DNA of 64,000 nt from Candidatus Omnitrophota bacterium (GCA_026387355.1 JAPLLW010000007.1:106198-170197); one strand, 5' to 3'; counted from the stretch's first letter, positions 19,419 through 30,135 are shown. Made by a program: numbers and translations. Notes: generated from the sequence alone by a model not told the origin.

Positions 19419-20055
19419 AAGGGGTAGTTTTATTAAAATTCAGGCGAGGTTCTTTCCCGAGGATGAGTCTTTGTAGGTTTGCTTTATGCCGCAATATAAT
19501 AAATATTGACAAAAGCAGGCCCACAAAAATTACAGGAAAAGATTTACTTAAGAATGTGGCAAAAACTGGAAAACTTATTGCAGCAAGAATTGAAGCTAAA
19601 GAGATGATCCTACTAGTAATAAAAGTTACAAGCCATACTAAAACCGTTAATATTAATATGAATTTTAAGCCCGCTATTTTTACTGAAAGACCAAGTAATA
19701 CGCCTAAAGTGGTAGCTACTCCTTTCCCGCCCTTAAATCCCAAGAATATTGTCCAGTTATGTCCGCAGATACAGCTAACTCCAACCAGTAAACAGAAAAT
19801 ATCTAGCGGGATAACTATTCTGCCTGTAAGTATATTGCCGAACAATACTACAGGAAGGAATCCTTTGAATATGTCTAGAATTAATACGGTTATACCCCAA
19901 CCTTTCCCTAGAAGCCTGAGGGCATTGGTTGCGCCGACATTCCCGGAACCAAATTTACGTATATCAGTCCCTTTGATAATTCGGCCAAAAATATAAGCCG
20001 TGGGGATAGATCCGAAAAGATAACTAATGATTATTGCGAGGATTATCCAAAGCAT
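19417..20055 (-). CDS. plsY: Glycerol-3-phosphate acyltransferase PlsY
   Basis: MLWIILAIIISYLFGSIPTAYIFGRI...GSGNVGATNALR. Confidence 0.9.
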   Translation of the reverse strand: MLWIILAIIISYLFGSIPTAYIFGRIIKGTDIRKFGSGNVGATNALRLLGKGWGITVLILDIFKGFLPVVLFGNILTGRIVIPLDIFCLLVGVSCICGHNWTIFLGFKGGKGVATTLGVLLGLSVKIAGLKFILILTVLVWLVTFITSRIISLASILAAISFPVFATFLSKSFPVIFVGLLLSIFIILRHKANLQRLILGKEPRLNFNKTTP

Positions 20056-20587
20056 ATAATATCTTAAACCCTTTGTTTATGTATATTGCCCCTGATATAA
20101 CTGTATAAATAACTGCTAGCCACCAAAGGACTGGTGAAATGTGTAGTTGCAATAAAACGGAGATAATTGCTAACATCTGAAAAGCTGTAGTTAGCTTACC
20201 CCAACCAGAAGGGATAATATTTAGCTTCTGCTTAACTACATAAACTACAATAGCCCCCAATATAATAATTACATCTCGGCTAATTACCACAAGAATTACC
20301 CAAAGAGGGAATCTAATATCAAAGTTAGAGTTTACAGAAAGACAGACAAATGCGCTCATAAGCAAAAGCTTGTCGCCGACCGGATCAAGTATAAGCCCGG
20401 CCTTTGATTGCTGTTTTGATCTTCTAGCCATATAACCATCAGCAGCATCAGAAATAGCGGCTAGGATAAAAATAGCTAGAGCTAGAATCCTTAAGTAACT
20501 TCTCTGTGGCGAATAGTAAACTAACGAAGCCACAAAGAAAGGGACGCTTAAAATTCTGAAAGTAGAAATCTTATTAGCGATATTCAT
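20024..20587 (-). CDS. pgsA: CDP-alcohol phosphatidyltransferase (phosphatidylglycerophosphate synthase-like)
   Basis: DAADGYMARR...GLILDPVGDKLL motif. Multi-TM protein. Confidence 0.75.
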   Translation of the reverse strand: MNIANKISTFRILSVPFFVASLVYYSPQRSYLRILALAIFILAAISDAADGYMARRSKQQSKAGLILDPVGDKLLLMSAFVCLSVNSNFDIRFPLWVILVVISRDVIIILGAIVVYVVKQKLNIIPSGWGKLTTAFQMLAIISVLLQLHISPVLWWLAVIYTVISGAIYINKGFKILYALDNPRNNH

Positions 20588-20595
20588 GTTTAGCT

Positions 20596-21174
20596 TTATT
20601 TAATTATTCTAATGCGATTAATAGGCCAATAAATAACTAAGGCCTGACCCAAAATGTTATTTTCTGGAACAAATCCCCAGTAACGGCTATCCTTAGAAGA
20701 ACCGGAGTTATCCCCTAAAACAAAATAACTCTTTTCCGGCACAACTATCTTCTCCCCTTCTTTTGCAAAATCACCTCTATTATAATAATAATGCTTGCCA
20801 AAGATTGGCTCTGTTACAAGCCTATCGTTAACAAAAATACTACCGTTTTTAATCTCAATTATATCTCCCGGTAAACCGACTAATCTCTTAATAAAGTCCT
20901 TCTTCTTATCTTCGGGATAGATAAAAACAACTACATCCCCTCTTTTCGGCTTATTTATCGCAGGTAACCTTAACTGTGTAAAAGGAACCTTTGCGCCGTA
21001 TATAAATTTGTTTACTAAAATCAAATCCCCCTCTAGAAGAGTCGGTCGCATAGAACCGGTGGGAATCTTAAATGCCTGAACCACAAATGGCCTAATAACA
21101 CAGAATGCTAGGAAAGCGGCAAAAATTGCTGCTTCAATCCATTCGCGTATTATTGATTTCTTTTTTGTCGTCAT
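20596..21174 (-). CDS. lepB: Signal peptidase I
   Basis: GSMRPTL and GDNSGSSKDSRYWG catalytic boxes. Confidence 0.85.
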   Translation of the reverse strand: MTTKKKSIIREWIEAAIFAAFLAFCVIRPFVVQAFKIPTGSMRPTLLEGDLILVNKFIYGAKVPFTQLRLPAINKPKRGDVVVFIYPEDKKKDFIKRLVGLPGDIIEIKNGSIFVNDRLVTEPIFGKHYYYNRGDFAKEGEKIVVPEKSYFVLGDNSGSSKDSRYWGFVPENNILGQALVIYWPINRIRIIK

Positions 21175-22967
21175 ATTTTTAATACCTCCAAGAATGCCTC
21201 CTGTGGAATTTCAACTTTTCCGAATTGCTTAAGCCGTTTTTTGCCTTTTTTCTGCTCATCCCAAAGCTTGCGTTTACGAGTGATATCTCCGCCGTAACAT
21301 TTAGCGGTGACATGTTTTCCTACAGAGCGCACTTTCTCAGACGCCAGTATCTGGCTCCCTATAGCAGCTTGTATAGCAACTTCGAATAACTGACGAGGAA
21401 TTAAATCCTTAAGCTTACTGACTAATGCGTGCGCCCTGGAATACGCTCTTTCTTTGCACATTAACGATGAGAAGGCATCGCAGGCCTGACCATTTAAAAG
21501 AATATCAAGCTTCACCAACTTAGTGGGAAGGTAATCCTTAAATTCATAGTCTAGCGAACCGTAACCTTTAGTTAATGATTTTATTCTATCATAGAAATCA
21601 ACAATGATCTCTGAGAGCGGGATATTAAAAACGAGTTTGACCCTATCTTCACTTAGATATTCATTTGAAACAAATACACCTCTTCTTGACTTGGTAAAAT
21701 CACAGACCAGCTCAATTGAATCAACAGGAATAATCATAAGCAAGCTTACGAAAGGCTCAAGCGCTTCTTTAATATCCATGCCTTGTGGTAATTTTGCAGG
21801 TGTATCAACTTCGATAATTTCACCCTTACTATTAATTACCCGGTAGACAACATTAGGGACAGTTAAGATTAAATTTAAGCCGTATTCTCTCTCCAGGCGT
21901 TCTTGAACTATCTCCATATGTAATAGGCCTAAAAATCCGCAGCGAAAACCTGAACCAAAAGATTGTGAATTCTCCGGCTCAAAAACAAACGAAGCATCAG
22001 ATAATTTAAGCTTATCCATTGCATCGCGTAACTCCGGGAAATCTCCCGGGTTAACCGGATAAATGCCGCAAAAAACCAGAGGCTTAGGCTGGCGGTATCC
22101 GGCAAAAGCCTGAGCACACGGATTCTTAACATCAGTTATAGTATCACCGATAATTATATCTCTGGCCTGACGGATATTAGCGGTAAAATAACCTACTTCG
22201 CCGCAAGTTAAGTTATTTACTTCTTCATACTTAAGATTTTTAAAGACTCCTAATTCTTCAATTTTATATATATCACCGGAGTGCATCATCTTAAGCTGGG
22301 TGTTTGGATTAATATAACCATCAACAAGTTTAACAAAAACAACCACACCCTTATAAGCATCAAAACGACAGTCAAATACCAGGGCCTTTAGGGGATTACT
22401 ATCGAGACCATATGGCGGCGGTATAGTTCTTATTATTCTCTCCAAGATATCTACGACCCCTGTGCCGTCTTTTGCTGAAGCCGGAATTATATCCTCCTCT
22501 TTAAAACCTAAGACTGTAGTGATTTGCTTTTTTACCCGAGGTATGTCTACTGAGGTAAGGTCAATTTTATTAAGCACCGGGATAATCTCTAGATTATTTT
22601 CAATCGCTAAATAATAATTAGCCACTGTTTGAGCTTCTATCCCCTGGCCAGCATCAACTACTAGGACCGCCCCTTCACAGGCAGCCAAGGATTTTGATAC
22701 TTCATAGGTAAAGTCTACATGACCCGGGGTATCGATTAAATTTAATACGTAATCTTTGCCATCGAGCGCGCGGTAATCAAGTCTTACCATTGAAGCCTTA
22801 ATTGTGATTCCTCGTTCCTGCTCCAGATCCATGTCATCTAAGAGTTGAGACCCTTTATGTCTTTTATCTACTGCTCCGGTAATCTCAAGGATGCGGTCAG
22901 CTAGGGTTGATTTTCCATGATCGATATGTGCAATAATTGAGAAATTACGAATCAGCGATTTATCCAT
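21171..22967 (-). CDS. lepA: Elongation factor 4 (LepA)
   Basis: NFSIIAHIDHGKSTLADR G-domain. 598 aa. lepA-lepB order. Confidence 0.95.
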   Translation of the reverse strand: MDKSLIRNFSIIAHIDHGKSTLADRILEITGAVDKRHKGSQLLDDMDLEQERGITIKASMVRLDYRALDGKDYVLNLIDTPGHVDFTYEVSKSLAACEGAVLVVDAGQGIEAQTVANYYLAIENNLEIIPVLNKIDLTSVDIPRVKKQITTVLGFKEEDIIPASAKDGTGVVDILERIIRTIPPPYGLDSNPLKALVFDCRFDAYKGVVVFVKLVDGYINPNTQLKMMHSGDIYKIEELGVFKNLKYEEVNNLTCGEVGYFTANIRQARDIIIGDTITDVKNPCAQAFAGYRQPKPLVFCGIYPVNPGDFPELRDAMDKLKLSDASFVFEPENSQSFGSGFRCGFLGLLHMEIVQERLEREYGLNLILTVPNVVYRVINSKGEIIEVDTPAKLPQGMDIKEALEPFVSLLMIIPVDSIELVCDFTKSRRGVFVSNEYLSEDRVKLVFNIPLSEIIVDFYDRIKSLTKGYGSLDYEFKDYLPTKLVKLDILLNGQACDAFSSLMCKERAYSRAHALVSKLKDLIPRQLFEVAIQAAIGSQILASEKVRSVGKHVTAKCYGGDITRKRKLWDEQKKGKKRLKQFGKVEIPQEAFLEVLKI

Positions 22968-23616
22968 TAACTAATCTCAAGAGTTTATCAATTACCTCTT
23001 CTATAGAAAGGTTGGTTGTATCTACATAAATAGCATCATCCGCTTTCTTAAGTGGGGCAACACTACGATTGGAGTCGATTGTATCACGGTTAGAGAGATC
23101 TTTAGATACGCTTTCAAAGGTTGTATTCTGGCCTAGCCCTAGAGATTCTTTGTGTCTGCGTAAGACTCTTTCCTTAAAATCCGCGTCAATGTAGAATTTC
23201 TTATCTGCATTCGGGAAGACCACAGTACCTATATCCAGGCCATCAAGTACGGTATTTCCTTGGCTCCCGAGTTTTCTTTGTAATTCTACCATAATCTGGC
23301 GCACCTCTTTTATCTTGGCGATATCAGATACAAATTGAGTAATGCGTAGCTGACGGATATCTTGGGTTACATCAATCCCATCAAGAGTTACCTTTATCGT
23401 ACCATCTCGATTATTTATAAGATTAATAGTGCTATTTGCTGCTAGTTTTATAATAGCTTGAGTATCGCTTACAGAGATTCCCTTGTTTAAAGCTTTTAAA
23501 GTTAACGCCCTGTACATTGCTCCGGTATCAATATAAAGAAAGCCAAGTTGTTTAGCAAGCAACTTGGCAACTGTGCTTTTTCCTGCGCCTGCAGGACCAT
23601 CTATAGCAATGATCAT
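22960..23616 (-). CDS. cmk: Cytidylate kinase
   Basis: MIIAIDGPAGAGKSTVAKLLAKQLGFLYIDTGAMYRA. Confidence 0.9.
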   Translation of the reverse strand: MIIAIDGPAGAGKSTVAKLLAKQLGFLYIDTGAMYRALTLKALNKGISVSDTQAIIKLAANSTINLINNRDGTIKVTLDGIDVTQDIRQLRITQFVSDIAKIKEVRQIMVELQRKLGSQGNTVLDGLDIGTVVFPNADKKFYIDADFKERVLRRHKESLGLGQNTTFESVSKDLSNRDTIDSNRSVAPLKKADDAIYVDTTNLSIEEVIDKLLRLVNG

Positions 23617-24443
23617 TTCAATTGCTCTCTTTTGTTCCTCGATTTATCTAGAATACGCTTAAGCGCTTGCTCATCATTCTTCCTAATTGCTTCCTTTAGT
23701 TGGGAGAGATTACTCTCAAAAATAGCTAGCGCCTTAAGCAAGTTCTTTTTGTTGGAAAGAAAGACATCCAGCCATAGTAAAGCATTTGATGCTGCAATGC
23801 GTGTAGTTCCCTTAAGTCCACTTGCAGCAAATTTTAAAGAATTATTCGGGACACTCCCAATCAGCGCAAAAGCAACTATATGCGGCAGATGACTAGTAAA
23901 AGCTAAGACTTTATCGTGCTCTCGGGGGCTCAGTAAAACAACCTTTGCGCCTAATCTTACCCATAATGACCTAACTCTTTCTAAAGTAGACTTGGGCGTT
24001 ATTTTTGTAGGCGTAAGAATACAAAGAGAACCTTTAAACATGCCTGAATGCGCATGAACAATTCCGCGTTTTTCCGATCCAGCCAAAGGATGGGTCCCTA
24101 CATAATTCGGAAAAATTTTCTCTAGGGATGCTACTATCTTTTCTTTTGTGCTCCCTACATCAATAACTATGCAATTTCTATCAATTATCTTAGAAATTTT
24201 GTTTTTTGAGTTGATAATTACATCTACTGGAGTAGCTAAAATAATCAGGTCTGCGCCAGCAATAATCCCTAATGAAAGCGAACCTTTATCAATCGCCCTT
24301 CTCTTCAAAGCGAGTTTTAAACTCTCTTGATGTAGACTGACTCCTACGATTTCTTTAGCAAGTTTATTTTTCTTTATAGCTAAAGCAATGGATCCACCAA
24401 TTAGCCCTGAGCCTATTACGGCAACTTTATTAAATAATGGCAT
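23613..24443 (-). CDS. tyrA: Prephenate/arogenate dehydrogenase
   Basis: VAVIGSGLIGGS Rossmann motif and GTHPLAGSEKRG motif. Confidence 0.8.
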   Translation of the reverse strand: MPLFNKVAVIGSGLIGGSIALAIKKNKLAKEIVGVSLHQESLKLALKRRAIDKGSLSLGIIAGADLIILATPVDVIINSKNKISKIIDRNCIVIDVGSTKEKIVASLEKIFPNYVGTHPLAGSEKRGIVHAHSGMFKGSLCILTPTKITPKSTLERVRSLWVRLGAKVVLLSPREHDKVLAFTSHLPHIVAFALIGSVPNNSLKFAASGLKGTTRIAASNALLWLDVFLSNKKNLLKALAIFESNLSQLKEAIRKNDEQALKRILDKSRNKREQLK

Positions 24444-25459
24444 TAAATTTCTCTCCCTGTGATTTTAGCTAGGCCTTTTAATTCGAGCATAAGATTTGAA
24501 AAATTAGAGGGCAACAAGGATTGTGCGCCGTCCGAAGTTGCATCTTCAGGGCAATTGTGTACTTCGATAATTAAACCATCTGCTCCAATTGCTATCGCTG
24601 CCTTTGCCAATGGAGCGACTAAACCCCACTTTCCGGCTGCATGCGATGGGTCAACAATTACAGGTAAGTGCGATAGCTGCTTTATTACCGGAACAGCACT
24701 GATATCCAAAGTATTGCGCGTTGAGTCTTCAAACGTCCTGATCCCCCGTTCGCACAAAATAACATTAAAATTTCCGCCTGATAATATATACTCAGCTGAC
24801 ATAAGTAATTCTTTAATCGTTGAGGCAAGCCCTCTTTTTAAAAGTACAGGTTTCTTAGTTAAGCCGACTTCTTTAAGCAGATTAAAATTCTGCATATTGC
24901 GCGCTCCAATCTGCATAACATCGACATAGCGCTCAACTAAAGCTACGTCACGGGTATCCATTACTTCACTTACGGTTACTAAACCTAGCTCGTCTCCCAC
25001 CTGTTTTAATATTTTAAGTCCTTCTTCTCCCAGTCCTTGAAAACTATAAGGCGAAGTACGCGGTTTGAAGGCTCCACCACGTAAAATCATCGCACCTGCT
25101 TTTTTAACTTCAGAAGCAATTTCATGCAGAGTCTTAAGATTTTCTATAGCACAGGGGCCAGCCATAATCGCAAGCCTTCTATCCCCAATCTTAAAGCCCT
25201 TTCCAAGGTCAATTATTGAATTCTCTTTTTTGAATTCACGGGAGACAAGCCTGTAAGGCGCTAACACCGGCATAACACGCTCTACCCCTGGAAATACTTC
25301 TAAGGGAGTAACCTGCAAAACATCCTCAGGCCCAATAACCCCGATAATTGTCCTTTCGGTGCCTTTTGAAACATGCGCAGTTAGCCCAAGCTTAGTTACC
25401 TTTTCAATTATATGATCTATCTGTTCGCCAGTTGCATCCGGACGTAAGACAATAATCAT
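24443..25459 (-). CDS. aroF: 3-deoxy-7-phosphoheptulonate (DAHP) synthase, class I-beta, with N-terminal ACT/ferredoxin-like regulatory domain
   Basis: N-terminal MIIVLRPDATGEQIDHIIEKV regulatory domain plus a KDO8P/DAHP synthase TIM barrel, as in Thermotoga-type AroF. Confidence 0.8.
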   Translation of the reverse strand: MIIVLRPDATGEQIDHIIEKVTKLGLTAHVSKGTERTIIGVIGPEDVLQVTPLEVFPGVERVMPVLAPYRLVSREFKKENSIIDLGKGFKIGDRRLAIMAGPCAIENLKTLHEIASEVKKAGAMILRGGAFKPRTSPYSFQGLGEEGLKILKQVGDELGLVTVSEVMDTRDVALVERYVDVMQIGARNMQNFNLLKEVGLTKKPVLLKRGLASTIKELLMSAEYILSGGNFNVILCERGIRTFEDSTRNTLDISAVPVIKQLSHLPVIVDPSHAAGKWGLVAPLAKAAIAIGADGLIIEVHNCPEDATSDGAQSLLPSNFSNLMLELKGLAKITGREI

Positions 25460-26559
25460 ATCTTCTCCTTCCCCCTGAGAATCTTCATCAACACTTTAAT
25501 AAAACGCTCATTTTCTTTTTTTGTGCCGATTGTAACGCGAATAAAGTTTGTTAAACCATATTGTTTCATATCACGCACAATTACTCCGAATTTCAGCATT
25601 TTCCCAAAGAATTCAACACAATCAGTTCCTACATCAATAAGTATAAAGTTGGCCACGCTTGGCACATAAGCTAAGCCTAGCTTCCTTAAATTCTGGTAAA
25701 GATATCTCTTGCCTTCAAGTGTAGCTAATCTTGATTTACGTAGGAATTTTTTATCATCAAGGGCTGCCAGGCCAGCTGCTTGGGCAAGTGAATTAATATT
25801 AAACGGTTGCCTTACGCGCTCCATGTAGCTAATTAATTCCGCATTAGCTAACGCGTAACCTAATCTTAATCCCGCTAGACCAAAGGCCTTAGAAAATGTT
25901 TTAAGCACAATGATATTCTTATTTTTCTTAAGTAAATTTTTTCCACTAGGATAATCATTTACGTCTATAAAAGTATCATAGGCCTCGTCTAAAACCAATA
26001 TAACATTCTCCGGCAGCTCCTTTATAAAATCTCCCAACTCAAACTTAGTAACATAAGTACCGGTAGGATTATTAGGATTAGCGATAAAAATAAGTTTCGT
26101 CTTCTTATCGATACTTCTTTTTATTGATTCTAGATCATATTTAAAATAACGTAGAGGAACCTTGGTAACCTTACGATTATTCACCGAAGCAATAATTTCA
26201 TACTCCAAGAAGGTTGTATCCGCAGTTACAATATTCTCATCATCCTCAACAAAGGTTTTAATGATTATATCAATTAACTCATCAGAGCCATTACCTAAAA
26301 TAATATTGCAGCTTGCTAGATTTAAGGTTTTAGCGAGTTTCTTTTTCAGGTAAAAGCCCTGAGAATCCGGATAGCGATTTACACAAGACGCAGCCTTTCG
26401 TATCGCTTCAATAGCTTTAGGTGAAACACCGAGTGAATTTTCATTGGATGCTAATTTAATGACGTCTCTTAGCCCTAATTCTCTTTTTGTCTCTTCTATG
26501 GGTTTTCCTGCAACGTAAGAAACAACGTTTAGAATATTCTTACGAATCAACTTTTTCAT
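25456..26559 (-). CDS. hisC: Histidinol-phosphate/aromatic aminotransferase (class I/II PLP)
   Basis: Class-II aminotransferase fold with KTFSKAFGLAGLRLGY lysine motif. Sits inside a phe/tyr operon. Confidence 0.7.
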   Translation of the reverse strand: MKKLIRKNILNVVSYVAGKPIEETKRELGLRDVIKLASNENSLGVSPKAIEAIRKAASCVNRYPDSQGFYLKKKLAKTLNLASCNIILGNGSDELIDIIIKTFVEDDENIVTADTTFLEYEIIASVNNRKVTKVPLRYFKYDLESIKRSIDKKTKLIFIANPNNPTGTYVTKFELGDFIKELPENVILVLDEAYDTFIDVNDYPSGKNLLKKNKNIIVLKTFSKAFGLAGLRLGYALANAELISYMERVRQPFNINSLAQAAGLAALDDKKFLRKSRLATLEGKRYLYQNLRKLGLAYVPSVANFILIDVGTDCVEFFGKMLKFGVIVRDMKQYGLTNFIRVTIGTKKENERFIKVLMKILRGKEKI

Positions 26560-27621
26560 TTATTCTCCTATTGGGTACGATCCCAATACTTTAATAAACT
26601 TGCACTTACTTTCTAATTCAGAAAGAGCCTTTTGGATCCTGGAGTCATCAATATGCCCTTCCAAATCCATGAAGAAATAATAATCCCAGGCCCTAACCTT
26701 TGAAGGCCTAGACTCAATCTTAGTCAGATTAATCTTATATTTTTTAAAAGGCATTAGCATTTCGTGAAGTGCCCCGATTTTGTCTTTAATTAAGAAAAGA
26801 ATCGAGGTTTTGTCATGTCCGGTTCTGCCTGCTTCTGTCTTTCCAATAACAAAGAAACGCGTGATATTGTGCGGAGAATCTTCAATGTCTGCGGCAGTCA
26901 ATCTCAATTTGTAGACTTCTCCGGCCAACAGTGAAGCAATGCAAGCGCTATTCTTTTCTTTTGCTGCAATCTGGGCAGCCCGGGTTGTGGAAGAAACTTC
27001 AATCTGCTCAGCCCCTGGTAAATTTTCCTGAAGCCAACGGCGGCACTGGCCGAATACTTGAGGGTTAGAATAGACCCGCTTGATTTTATTCTTCGGCGAT
27101 TTGGCTAAAAGATTATGCGCTACGTCTAAAATAATCTGCGAACAGATCTTTAAATCTGAGTCAACTAGCATATCCAATGTGTGCGTAATTGCTCCCTCAA
27201 TAGAGTTTTCTACCGGTACTACTCCGTAATCTGCAGCATCTCTCTCTACTTCAAGGAAAACATCAGCAATACTGGCACACGGAGTATAACTAACCTGTGA
27301 ACCAAATCTCTTTAAAGCAGCTAAATTACTAAAAGATGCCTCTGGTCCCATATATGCTACCTTTAATGGCTTCTCCAAAGCAAGGCTTGCAGACATAATC
27401 TCGCGATATACTGCCCCTATCGCCTTTGAATTTAATGGCCCACGGCTAGAAAGGGAGACTTTCCTTAAAACTTCGCTTTCGCGCTCCGGCGCATAAATAC
27501 TCTTGCCGCTTTTTTGTTTCTCCTTAGCGACATCTAGAGTAACCTTAGCGCGCAAATTTAAAAGCCTAATAATATCCTTATCCAGAATGTCTATCTTTTT
27601 ACGCAGGTTTTTTAGATTCAT
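26560..27621 (-). CDS. pheA: Bifunctional chorismate mutase/prephenate dehydratase
   Basis: N-terminal chorismate mutase helix (IDILDKDIIRLLNLRAKV), prephenate dehydratase domain and C-terminal ACT domain. Confidence 0.85.
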   Translation of the reverse strand: MNLKNLRKKIDILDKDIIRLLNLRAKVTLDVAKEKQKSGKSIYAPERESEVLRKVSLSSRGPLNSKAIGAVYREIMSASLALEKPLKVAYMGPEASFSNLAALKRFGSQVSYTPCASIADVFLEVERDAADYGVVPVENSIEGAITHTLDMLVDSDLKICSQIILDVAHNLLAKSPKNKIKRVYSNPQVFGQCRRWLQENLPGAEQIEVSSTTRAAQIAAKEKNSACIASLLAGEVYKLRLTAADIEDSPHNITRFFVIGKTEAGRTGHDKTSILFLIKDKIGALHEMLMPFKKYKINLTKIESRPSKVRAWDYYFFMDLEGHIDDSRIQKALSELESKCKFIKVLGSYPIGE

Positions 27622-28201
27622 CTAATTCCTCCACTGATTTTTCCGCTTCTAATTCAATATCATTAAATTCATTTTTCACAGCCAACGCCGGGAAATCTTC
27701 CATCCTCGGAAGATCTTCCAGCGATTTTAAACCAAAATGTTCCATAAATTGCCTAGTTGTGCCATAAACACATGGTCTGCCGGGAGCCTTCTTCCTACCA
27801 CAAATACGGATAAGATTCTTATCTAAAAGTGTTTTCATAACACCATCAACATTAACGTTTCTTAACAGTTCTATTTCGGTTCTGGTTAAAGGTTGTTTAT
27901 AAGCAATAATTGCTAAGGTTTCAAGCGCCGGTTTAGAAAGTCTCTCAACATGACGTCCCCTAAAGAATTTTTTTAAAAAGGGCGCAAAGCTTGGGGCTGT
28001 GATCATGCGGAATCCACCGGCAATCTCAGCTATGCGCATTCCACGATTAGACTGCTCGTATTCAGATTTTAACTCTTCAATAAGCCTCCTGACTTCAGTA
28101 GCTTCTAAATTATCTAAAACTGTTCTTATTTGGTCTAATAATAAAGGCTTCTCGCTTGCCAAAAGCAATGCCTCTATTACTGCTTTTCGATTATCTTCCA
28201 T
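27599..28201 (-). CDS. scpB: Segregation and condensation protein B
   Basis: AVIEALLLASEKPLLLDQI...GGFRMIT winged-helix repeats. Confidence 0.85.
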   Translation of the reverse strand: MEDNRKAVIEALLLASEKPLLLDQIRTVLDNLEATEVRRLIEELKSEYEQSNRGMRIAEIAGGFRMITAPSFAPFLKKFFRGRHVERLSKPALETLAIIAYKQPLTRTEIELLRNVNVDGVMKTLLDKNLIRICGRKKAPGRPCVYGTTRQFMEHFGLKSLEDLPRMEDFPALAVKNEFNDIELEAEKSVEELDESKKPA

Positions 28202-28202
28202 A

Positions 28203-28829
28203 CTATTTCACCCTCTTTTGTTTATAAACCATATTTAACAGCTCTTCGGTTGTCTCTAAATCCGGATGAGCTTCTAAGGCTTTGTTAATCATAACCAAAG
28301 CCTCAGCTCTTTTGTATTCCAATTGTATAAGTACTGCCAATGCTTCTTCGGCAATATCCTTTGATTTGTTAGTAACTTGTTTCTTAGATCGATCTTGAAC
28401 AAGTCCAAATTTACCAATTTTATTTTGAAGTTTAGCAACAATCTCTTTTGCCCTCTGCTCTCCTATCCCGGGAAGCGATTTTAAGAAAACCAAATCTCCT
28501 TCATCGATTGCCCTGGCAATCTCAGATATAGGCTTATTCAAAGCCTTAAGCGCTGCCCGCGGCCCGATTCCAGATACAGTTATAAAAACTTCGAAGAAAT
28601 CCTTTTCAATATCATTAAGAAACCCGATTAAGACAGGAATGCTTTTTGCCTGTTCATTCTGCAAATAATGAAAAGTTCTTAATGTTATTCCACTATCAGA
28701 GCCAAGACTCTCGTCAAGACGCTGCATGACGTTAGCGGGAATTAAGACTTGATAAGAAATTCCACCATTCTCCACTACAACGTAATTATTCCCACGCTCG
28801 ATTACTTTACCGGATATTCTTGAAATCAT
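28203..28829 (-). CDS. ruvA: Holliday junction DNA helicase RuvA
   Basis: MISRISGKVIERGNNYVVVENGGISYQVLIP. Confidence 0.9.
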   Translation of the reverse strand: MISRISGKVIERGNNYVVVENGGISYQVLIPANVMQRLDESLGSDSGITLRTFHYLQNEQAKSIPVLIGFLNDIEKDFFEVFITVSGIGPRAALKALNKPISEIARAIDEGDLVFLKSLPGIGEQRAKEIVAKLQNKIGKFGLVQDRSKKQVTNKSKDIAEEALAVLIQLEYKRAEALVMINKALEAHPDLETTEELLNMVYKQKRVK

Positions 28830-29309
28830 CTATTTCGGCCTTTCAATATAACTATGCGCGATAGCTAACGCTAAAGCATCGGTAACATCAGTATATTTAG
28901 GAAGAGAACTTATGTTAAGCAAATCTGCAACCATTCTTTGCACCTGCACTTTAGAAGCTAGCCCCTCACCCACAACAGCTTTTTTAACACGAGTAGCTGC
29001 GTATTCTACCAAGCGTATATTTTTTACCGCAGTTGCTAAGCATATCACTCCGCGTGCCTGTCCTAATATATATGAGGTAGTAGGATGGCGGTAATGTGCA
29101 AATAGCTTTTCTAAGACCAGAACCTCGGGTTTAGTATCCGATATTAGCTTAATAATCCCGGAATAAATCCGCTCCAGACGCTTCTCAATTTTTTCTTTAG
29201 GGGAAGTTACGATTATCCCCGCCTCTAGCAAGAATAGTTTATTGCTTTTTGCCTGGATAACCCCGTAACCGGTAATAGTTAGAGCTGGATCAATCCCCAG
29301 AATTATCAT
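28830..29309 (-). CDS. ruvC: Crossover junction endodeoxyribonuclease RuvC
   Basis: MIILGIDPALTITGYGVI. Confidence 0.9.
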   Translation of the reverse strand: MIILGIDPALTITGYGVIQAKSNKLFLLEAGIIVTSPKEKIEKRLERIYSGIIKLISDTKPEVLVLEKLFAHYRHPTTSYILGQARGVICLATAVKNIRLVEYAATRVKKAVVGEGLASKVQVQRMVADLLNISSLPKYTDVTDALALAIAHSYIERPK

Positions 29310-29312
29310 TTG

Positions 29313-30065
29313 TTACTCTGCTGCAATTTCATCCATAATTTCATCAGGGATGTCAAAATTGGCATATACGTGCTGCACATCATCATGTTCCTCTAGCGTA
29401 TCGATCAAGCTAAGTAGTTGCTTAGCATCATTACCGACTAACTTAATAGTTGAAGAAGGTATCATGGTAGTTTCTGCATCTTGCGGTTTTATCCCTTTTG
29501 CTTCAATAGCCTGTTTCACCTTTTCAAAATTCTGAGGGGCACAAAAGACTTCGTAATTTTTCTCATCGACTTTCATATCTTCAGCTCCGGCATCAAGTAC
29601 GAGATTCATTAAATCATCTTCTTTTGCCTGAGATTTTTCAATCAAAAAATACCCCTTCATGGTAAACATCCAACTTACTGCCCCAGCCCCTGCAAAGTTT
29701 CCGCCTTTTTTAGACATAATGTTACGGATTTCAGCGCTAGTCCTATTCTTATTATCAGTAAGCACTTCGATCATCATTGCCACCCCGCCCGCTCCATAGG
29801 CTTCATACATGCATGATTCATAAACTATGCCCGGTAGCTCTCCCGTCCCTCGCTTAATCGCCATTTTTACGTTATCTAAAGGCATATTCGCCTCTTTTGC
29901 TTTCTGCATAACTGCACGCAGACGTGGATTAGTATCAGGATTTCCGCCACCGTCACGTGCAATCACGGTAAGCTCTTTAATAATCTTTGTGTAAGTTGCT
30001 CCTTTTTTTGCGTCAGCAATACTTTTTTTACCTTTATTTGTCTTCCATTTAGAATGACCTGACAT
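29313..30065 (-). CDS. yebC: YebC/PmpR family DNA-binding transcriptional regulator
   Basis: MSGHSKWKTNKGKK N-terminus. GGAGG RBS. Confidence 0.9.
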   Translation of the reverse strand: MSGHSKWKTNKGKKSIADAKKGATYTKIIKELTVIARDGGGNPDTNPRLRAVMQKAKEANMPLDNVKMAIKRGTGELPGIVYESCMYEAYGAGGVAMMIEVLTDNKNRTSAEIRNIMSKKGGNFAGAGAVSWMFTMKGYFLIEKSQAKEDDLMNLVLDAGAEDMKVDEKNYEVFCAPQNFEKVKQAIEAKGIKPQDAETTMIPSSTIKLVGNDAKQLLSLIDTLEEHDDVQHVYANFDIPDEIMDEIAAE

Positions 30066-30135
30066 GTTTCCTCCAATTTTAACAATTAATAATATAGCCT
30101 AAATATTAGGTACAGGTGCCTTTCGGCGTGTTACT

